DNA from: the human T2T-CHM13v2.0 reference genome, Homo sapiens
Length of the DNA: 64,000 nt
Assembly (NCBI RefSeq): GCF_009914755.1
Contig: NC_060931.1
Direction: 5' to 3' (one strand)
Below the pieces are notes generated by a model. It was not told where the DNA came from. It ran no database searches and saw only the letters and a program-made list of their open reading frames with translations. The translations under genes and the position numbers were made by a program. Positions 56,082 through 64,000 of the stretch are shown in pieces (the first letter of the stretch is position 1; each line of letters starts with the position of its first letter).

Positions 56082-58573
56082 AAGGCCTTCGTTGGAAACG
56101 GGATTTCTTCATTGAATGCTAGACGGAAGAATTCTCAGTAAATTCTTTGTGTTGTGTGCATTCAACTCACAGAGTGGAACGTCCCTTTAGACAGAGCAGA
56201 TTTGAAACACTCTTTTTGCGGAATTTGCAAGTGGAGATTTCTAGCCATTTGATGCCAACAGTAGAAAGGGAAATATCTTCAAATAAAAACCAGACAGAAT
56301 CATTCTCAGAAAATTCTTTGTGATGTGTGCGTTCAACTCACATAGTTTAACCTTTCTTTTCATAGAGCAGTTTGGAAACACTCTGTTTGTAAAGTCTGCA
56401 AGTGGATATATGGACCGCATTGAGGCCTTCGTTGGAAACGGGATTTCTTCATTTCATGCTAGACAGAAGAATTCTCAGTAACTTCTTTGTGCTGTGTGTA
56501 TTCAACTCACAGAGTGGAACGTCCCTTTACACAGAGCAGATTTGAAACACTCTTTTTGTGGAGTTTGCAAGTGGAGATTTCAAGCGATTTGATGCCAACA
56601 GTAGAAAAGGAAATATCTTCAAATAAAAACTAGACAGAATCATTCTCAGAAACTACTTTGTGATGTGTGCCTTCAACTCACAGAGTTTAACCTTTCTTTT
56701 CTTAGAGCAGTTTAGAAAAACTCTGCTTGTTATGTCTGCAAGTGGATATTTGGACCTCTTTGAGGCCTTCGTTGCAAACGGGGTTTCTTCCTTTCATGCT
56801 AGACTAAGAAGAGTTCTCAGTAACTTTTTTGTGTTGTGTGTATTCAACTCACAGAGTTGAACCTTGCTTTAGAGAGAGCAGATTTGAAACACTCTTGCTG
56901 TGGCATTTTCAGGTGGAGATTTCAAGCGATTTGAGGACAATTGCAGAAAAGGAAATATCTTCGTATAATAACCAGACAGAATCATTCTCAGAAAGTGCTT
57001 TGTGATGTGTGCGTTCAACTCACAGAGTTTAACCTTTCTTTTCATAGAGGAGTTTGGAAACACACTGTTTGTAAAGTCTGCAAGTGGATATATGGACCTG
57101 TTTGAGGCCTTCGTTGGAAACGGGATTTCTTCATTGAATGCTAGACGGAAGAATTCTCAGTAAATTCTTTGTGTTGTGTGCATTCAACTCACAGAGTGGA
57201 ACGTCCCTTTAGACAGAGCAGATTTGAAACACTCTTTTTGCGGAATTTGCAAGTGGAGATTTCTAGCCATTTGATGCCAACAGTAGAAAGGGAAATATCT
57301 TCAAATAAAAACCAGACAGAATCATTCTCAGAAAATTCTTTATGATGTGTGCGTTCAACTCACATAGTTTAACCTTTCTTTTCATAGAGCAGTTTGGAAA
57401 CACTCTGTTTGTAAAGTCTGCAAGTGGATATATGGACCGCATTGAGGCCTTCGTTGGAAACGGGATTTCTTCATTTCATGCTAGACAGAAGAATTCTCAG
57501 TAACTTCTTTGTGCTGTGTGTATTCAACTCACAGAGTGGAACGTCCCTTTGCACAGAGCAGATTTGAAACACTCTTTTTGTGGAGTTTGCAAGTGGAGAT
57601 TTCAAGCGATTTGATGCCAACAGTAGAAAAGGAAATATCTTCAAATAAAAACTAGACAGAATCATTCTCAGAAACTACTTTGTGATGTGTGCCTTCAACT
57701 CACAGAGTTTAACCTTTCTTTTCTTAGAGCAGTTTAGAAACACTCTGCTTGTTACGTCTGCAAGTGGATATTTGGACCTCTTTGAGGCCTTCGTTGCAAA
57801 CGGGGTTTCTTCCTTTCATGCTAGACTAAGAAGAGTTCTCAGTAACTTTTTTGTGTTGTGTGTATTCAACTCACAGAGTTGAACCTTGCTTTAGAGAGAG
57901 CAGATTTGAAACACTCTTGCTGTGGCATTTTCAGGTGGAGATTTCAAGCGATTTGAGGACAATTGCAGAAAAGGAAATATCTTCGTATAATAACCAGACA
58001 GAATCATTCTCAGAAAGTGCTTTGTGATGTGTGCGTTCAACTCACAGAGTTTAACCTTTCTTTTCATAGAGGAGTTTGGAAACACACTGTTTGTAAAGTC
58101 TGCAAGTGGATATATGGACCTGTTTAAGGCCTTCGTTGGAAACGGGATTTCTTCATTGAATGCTAGACGGAAGAATTCTCAGTAAATTCTTTGTGTTGTG
58201 TGCATTCAACTCACAGAGTGGAACGTCCCTTTAGACAGAGCAGATTTGAAACACTCTTTTTGCGGAATTTGCAAGTGGAGATTTCTAGCCATTTGATGCC
58301 AACAGTAGAAAGGGAAATATCTTCAAATAAAAACCAGACAGAATCATTCTCAGAAAATTCTTTGTGATGTGTGCGTTCAACTCACATAGTTTAACCTTTC
58401 TTTTCATAGAGCAGTTTGGAAACACTCTGTTTGTAAAGTCTGCAAGTGGATATATGGACCGCATTGAGGCCTTCGTTGGAAACGGGATTTCTTCATTTCA
58501 TGCTAGACAGAAGAATTCTCAGTAACTTCTTTGTGCTGTGTGTATTCAACTCACAGAGTGGAACGTCCCTTTA
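56082..58573 (+). repeat. Local duplication signature with 2044-bp (2-HOR) offset
   Basis: TTTAAGGCC variant at 56082 and 58126; CTTTACAC variant at 56529 and 58573. Confidence 0.75.
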
Positions 58574-61500
58574 CACAGAGCAGATTTGAAACACTCTTTT
58601 TGTGGAGTTTGCAAGTGGAGATTTCATGCGATTTGATGCCTACAGTAGAAAAGGAAATATCTTCAAATAAAAACTAGACAGAATCATTCTCAGAAACTAC
58701 TTTGTGATGTGTGCCTTCAACTCACAGAGTTTAACCTTTCTTTTCTTAGAGCAGTTTAGAAACACTCTGCTTGTTATGTCTGCAAGTGGATATTTGGACC
58801 TCTTTGAGGCCTTCGTTGCAAACGGGATTTCTTCCTTTCATGCTAGACTAAGAAGAGTTCTCAGTAACTTTTTTGTGTTGTGTGTATTCAACTCACAGAG
58901 TTGAACCTTGCTTTAGAGAGAGCAGATTTGAAACACTCTTGCTGTGGCATTTTCAGGTGGAGATTTCAAGCGATTTGAGGACAATTGCAGAAAAGGAAAT
59001 ATCTTCGTATAATAACCAGACAGAATCATTCTCAGAAAGTGCTTTGTGACGTGTGCGTTCAACTCACAGAGTTTAACCTTTCTTTTCATAGAGGAGTTTG
59101 GAAACACACTGTTTGTAAAGTCTGCAAGTGGATACATGGACCTGTTTGAGGCCTTCGTTGGAAACGGGATTTCTTCATTGAATGCTAGAGGGAAGAATTC
59201 TCAGTAAATTCTTTGTGTTGTGTGCATTCAACTCACAGAGTGGAACGTCCCTTTAGACAGAGTAGATTTGAAACACTCTTTTTGCGGAATTTGCAAGTGG
59301 AGATTTCTAGCCATTTGATGCCAACAGTAGAAAGGGAAATATCTTCAAATAAAAACCAGACAGAATCATTCTCAGAAAATTCTTTGTGATGTGTGCGTTC
59401 AACTCACATAGTTTAACCTTTCTTTTCATAGAGCAGTTTGGAAACACTCTGTTTGTAAAGTCTGCAAGTGGATATATGGACCGCATTGAGGCCTTCGTTG
59501 GAAACGGGATTTCTTCATTTCATGCTAGACAGAAGAATTCTCAGTAACTGCTTTGTGCTGTGTGTATTCAACTCACAGAGTGGAACGTCCCTTTGCACAG
59601 AGCAGATTTGAAACACTCTTTTTGTGGAGTTTGCAAGTGGAGATTTCAAGCGATTTGATGCCAACAGTAGAAAAGGAAATATCTTCAAATAAAAACTAGA
59701 CAGAATCATTCTCAGAAACTACTTTGTGATGTGTGCCTTCAACTCACAGAGTTTAACCTTTCTTTTCTTAGAGCAGTTTAGAAACACTCTGCTTGTTATG
59801 TCTGCAAGTGGATATTTGGACCTCTTTGAGGCCTTCGTTGCAAACGGGGTTTCTTCCTTTCATGCTAGACTAAGAAGAGTTCTCAGTAACTTTTTTGTGT
59901 TGTGTGTATTCAACTCACAGAGTTGAACCTTGCTTTAGAGAGAGCAGATTTGAAACACTCTTGCTGTGGCATTTTCAGGTGGAGATTTCAAGCGATTTGA
60001 GGACAATTGCAGAAAAGGAAATATCTTCGTATAATAACCAGACAGAATCATTCTCAGAAAGTGCTTTGTGATGTGTGCGTTCAACTCACAGAGTTTAACC
60101 TTTCTTTTCATAGAGGAGTTTGGAAACACACTGTTTGTAAAGTCTGCAAGTGGATATATGGACCTGTTTGAGGCCTTCGTTGGAAACGGGATTTCTTCAT
60201 TGAATGCTAGACGGAAGAATTCTCAGTAAATTCTTTGTGTTGTGTGCATTCAACTCACAGAGTGGAACGTCCCTTTAGACAGAGCAGATTTGAAACACTC
60301 TTTTTGCGGAATTTGCAAGTGGAGATTTCTAGCCATTTGATGCCAACAGTAGAAAGGGAAATATCTTCAAATAAAAACCAGACAGAATCATTCTCAGAAA
60401 ATTCTTTGTGATGTGTGCGTTCAACTCACATAGTTTAACCTTTCTTTTCATAGAGCAGTTTGGAAACACTCTGTTTGTAAAGTCTGCAAGTGGATATATG
60501 GACCGCATTGAGGCCTTCGTTGGAAACGGGATTTCTTCATTTCATGCTAGACAGAAGAATTCTCAGTAACTTCTTTGTGCTGTGTGTATTCAACTCACAG
60601 AGTGGAACGTCCCTTTGCACAGAGCAGATTTGAAACACTCTTTTTGTGGAGTTTGCAAGTGGAGATTTCAAGCGATTTGATGCCAACAGTAGAAAAGGAA
60701 ATATCTTCAAATAAAAACTAGACAGAATCCTTCTCAGAAACTACTTTGTGATGTGTGCCTTCAACTCACAGAGTTTAACCTTTCTTTTCTTAGAGCAGTT
60801 TAGAAACACTCTGCTTGTTACGTCTGCAAGTGGATATTTGGACCTCTTTGAGGCCTTCGTTGCAAACGGGGTTTCTTCCTTTCATGCTAGACTAAGAAGA
60901 GTTCTCAGTAACTTTTTTGTGTTGTGTGTATTCAACTCACAGAGTTGAACCTTGCTTTAGAGAGAGCAGATTTGAAACACTCTTGCTGTGGCATTTTCAG
61001 GTGGAGATTTCAAGCGATTTGAGGACAATTGCAGAAAAGGAAATATCTTCGTATAATAACCAGACAGAATCATTCTCAGAAAGTGCTTTGTGATGTGTGC
61101 GTTCAACTCACAGAGTTTAACCTTTCTTTTCATAGAGGAGTTTGGAAACACACTGTTTGTAAAGTCTGCAAGTGGATATATGGACCTGTTTGAGGCCTTC
61201 GTTGGAAACGGGATTTCTTCATTGAATGCTAGACGGAAGAATTCTCAGTAAATTCTTTGTGTTGTGTGCATTCAACTCACAGAGTGGAACGTCCCTTTAG
61301 ACAGAGCAGATTTGAAACACTCTTTTTGCGGAATTTGCAAGTGGAGATTTCTAGCCATTTGATGCCAACAGTAGAAAGGGAAATATCTTCAAATAAAAAC
61401 CAGACAGAATCATTCTCAGAAAATTCTTTGTGATGTGTGCGTTCAACTCACATAGTTTAACCTTTCTTTTCATAGAGCAGTTTGGAAACACTCTGTTTGT

Positions 61501-64000
61501 AAAGTCTGCAAGTGGATATATGGACCGCGTTGAGGCCTTCGTTGGAAACGGGATTTCTTCATTTCATGCTAGACAGAAGAATTCTCAGTAACTTCTTTGT
61601 GCTGTGTGTATTCAACTCACAGAGTGGAACGTCCCTTTGCACAGAGCAGATTTGAAACACTCTTTTTGTGGAGTTTGCAAGTGGAGATTTCAAGCGATTT
61701 GATGCCAACAGTAGAAAAGGAAATATCTTCAAATAAAAACTAGACAGAATCATTCTCAGAAACTACTTTGTGATGTGTGCCTTCAACTCACAGAGTTTAA
61801 CCTTTCTTTTCTTAGAGCAGTTTAGAAACACTCTGCTTGTTATGTCTGCAAGTGGATATTTGGACCTCTTTGAGGCCTTCGTTGCAAACGGGGTTTCTTC
61901 CTTTCATGCTAGACTAAGAAGAGTTCTCAGTAACTTTTTTGTGTTGTGTGTATTCAACTCACAGAGTTGAACCTTGCTTTAGAGAGAGCAGATTTGAAAC
62001 ACTCTTGCTGTGGCATTTTCAGGTGGAGATTTCAAGCGATTTGAGGACAATTGCAGAAAAGGAAATATCTTCGTATAATAACCAGACAGAATCATTCTCA
62101 GAAAGTGCTTTGTGATGTGTGCGTTCAACTCACAGAGTTTAACCTTTCTTTTCATAGAGGAGTTTGGAAACACACTGTTTGTAAAGTCTGCAAGTGGATA
62201 TATGGACCTGTTTGAGGCCTTCGTTGGAAACGGGATTTCTTCATTGAATGCTAGACGGAAGAATTCTCAGTAAATTCTTTGTGTTGTGTGCATTCAACTC
62301 ACAGAGTGGAACGTCCCTTTAGACAGAGCAGATTTGAAACACTCTTTTTGCGGAATTTGCAAGTGGAGATTTCTAGCCATTTGATGCCAACAGTAGAAAG
62401 GGAAATATCTTCAAATAAAAACCAGACAGAATCATTCTCAGAAAATTCTTTGTGATGTGTGCGTTCAACTCACATAGTTTAACCTTTCTTTTCATAGAGC
62501 AGTTTGGAAACACTCTGTTTGTAAAGTCTGCAAGTGGATATATGGACCGCATTGAGGCCTTCGTTGGAAACGGGATTTCTTCATTTCATGCTAGACAGAA
62601 GAATTCTCAGTAACTTCTTTGTGCTGTGTGTATTCAACTCACAGAGTGGAACGTCCCTTTGCACAGAGCAGATTTGAAACACTCTTTTTGTGGAGTTTGC
62701 AAGTGGAGATTTCAAGCGATTTGATGCCAACAGTAGAAAAGGAAATATCTTCAAATAAAAACTAGACAGAATCATTCTCAGAAACTACTTTGTGATGTGT
62801 GCCTTCAACTCACAGAGTTCAACCTTTCTTTTCTTAGAGCAGTTTAGAAACACTCTGCTTGTTATGTCTGCAAGTGGATATTTGGACCTCTTTGAGGCCT
62901 TCGTTGCAAACGGGGTTTCTTCCTTTCATGCTAGACTAAGAAGAATTCTCAGTAACTTTTTTGTGTTGTGTGTATTCAACTCACAGAGTTGAACCTTGCT
63001 TTAGAGAGAGCAGATTTGAAACACTCTTGCTGTGGCATTTTCAGGTGGAGATTTCAAGCGATTTGAGGACAATTGCAGAAAAGGAAATATCTTCGTATAA
63101 TAACCAGACAGAATCATTCTCAGAAAGTGCTTTGTGATGTGTGCGTTCAACTCACAGAGTTTAACCTTTCTTTTCATAGAGGAGTTTGGAAACACACTGT
63201 TTGTAAAGTCTGCAAGTGGATACATGGACCTGTTTGAGGCCTTCGTTGGAAACGGGATTTCTTCATTGAATGCTAGACGGAAGAATTCTCAGTAAATTCT
63301 TTGTGTTGTGTGCATTCAACTCACAGAGTGGAACGTCCCTTTAGACAGAGCAGATTTGAAACACTCTTTTTGCGGAATTTGCAAGTGGAGATTTCTAGCC
63401 ATTTGATGCCAACAGTAGAAAGGGAAATATCTTCAAATAAAAACCAGACAGAATCATTCTCAGAAAATTCTTTGTGATGTGTGCGTTCAACTCACATAGT
63501 TTAACCTTTCTTTTCATAGAGCAGTTTGGAAACACTCTGTTTGTAAAGTCTGCAAGTGGATATATGGACCGCATTGAGGCCTTCGTTGGAAACGGGATTT
63601 CTTCATTTCATGCTAGACAGAAGAATTCTCAGTAACTTCTTTGTGCTGTGTGTATTCAACTCACAGAGTGGAACGTCCCTTTGCACAGAGCAGATTTGAA
63701 ACACTCTTTTTGTGGAGTTTGCAAGTGGAGATTTCAAGCGATTTGATGCCAACAGTAGAAAAGGAAATATCTTCAAATAAAAACTAGACAGAATCATTCT
63801 CAGAAACTACTTTGTGATGTGTGCCTTCAACTCACAGAGTTCAACCTTTCTTTTCTTAGAGCAGTTTAGAAACACTCTGCTTGTTATGTCTGCAAGTGGA
63901 TATTTGGACCTCTTTGAGGCCTTCGTTGCAAACGGGGTTTCTTCCTTTCATGCTAGACTAAGAAGAGTTCTCAGTAACTTTTTTGTGTTGTGTGTATTCA

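Larger units (their letters stand above)
1..64000 (+). repeat. Alpha satellite higher-order repeat array, 1022-bp 6-mer HOR, ~62.6 copies, suprachromosomal family 1 (dimeric J1/J2 type)
   Basis: Typical alphoid motifs (CATTCTCAGAAA, TTCAACTCACAGAG, GCAAGTGGA, CTAGACAGAA) recur every ~170 bp. ORF-track coordinates recur at exactly +1022 from 239 to 63603 (239+62x1022). Copies differ by only a few substitutions. The array runs off both ends of the window. Confidence 0.99.
1..64000 (+). repeat. D7Z1: Probable human chromosome 7 active centromeric array D7Z1 (S1C7H1L)
   Basis: SF1 dimeric structure, ~1.02-kb 6-mer HOR, and EcoRI sites at 259 and 941 of each unit giving 682-bp (tetramer) and 340-bp (dimer) fragments, matching my recollection of D7Z1. 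Other SF1 arrays (chr1/5/19, chr10 variants) cannot be excluded without an HMM or BLAST comparison. Confidence 0.75.

Noticed and set aside
1-64000. CRISPR-like or other repeat-spacer array; a novel multi-gene system
   Set aside because: There are no unique spacers and no associated genes; every base belongs to the alphoid HOR.
1-64000. Embedded L1/Alu element or strand switch
   Set aside because: The unbroken 1022-bp register and constant orientation leave no room for one.

Overview
The whole 64 kb window is one uninterrupted, single-orientation array of primate (very likely human) centromeric alpha satellite DNA. It consists of about 62.6 head-to-tail copies of a 1022-bp higher-order repeat (HOR) made of six ~171-bp monomers (169+171+171+171+169+171). 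CENP-B-box monomers alternate with box-less monomers, the dimeric suprachromosomal family 1 (J1/J2) arrangement. The 6-mer size and the 340/682-bp EcoRI spacing fit the chromosome 7 array D7Z1 best, but that assignment is from recall, not a search. I see no genes, RNA genes, transposons, inversions or net indels; all ORFs in the track are artefacts of the repeat. I found no new gene system. The information lies in single-base variants between HOR copies. They show a hidden 5-HOR (5110-bp) super-period in two separate domains (~20.4-38.2 kb and ~41.2-55.7 kb), two 2-HOR duplications, rare variants shared over 15-19 HORs, variants matching sibling monomers, one inactivated CENP-B box and rising divergence toward the right end. 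Variants were read by eye and from the ORF track, so the list may be incomplete.
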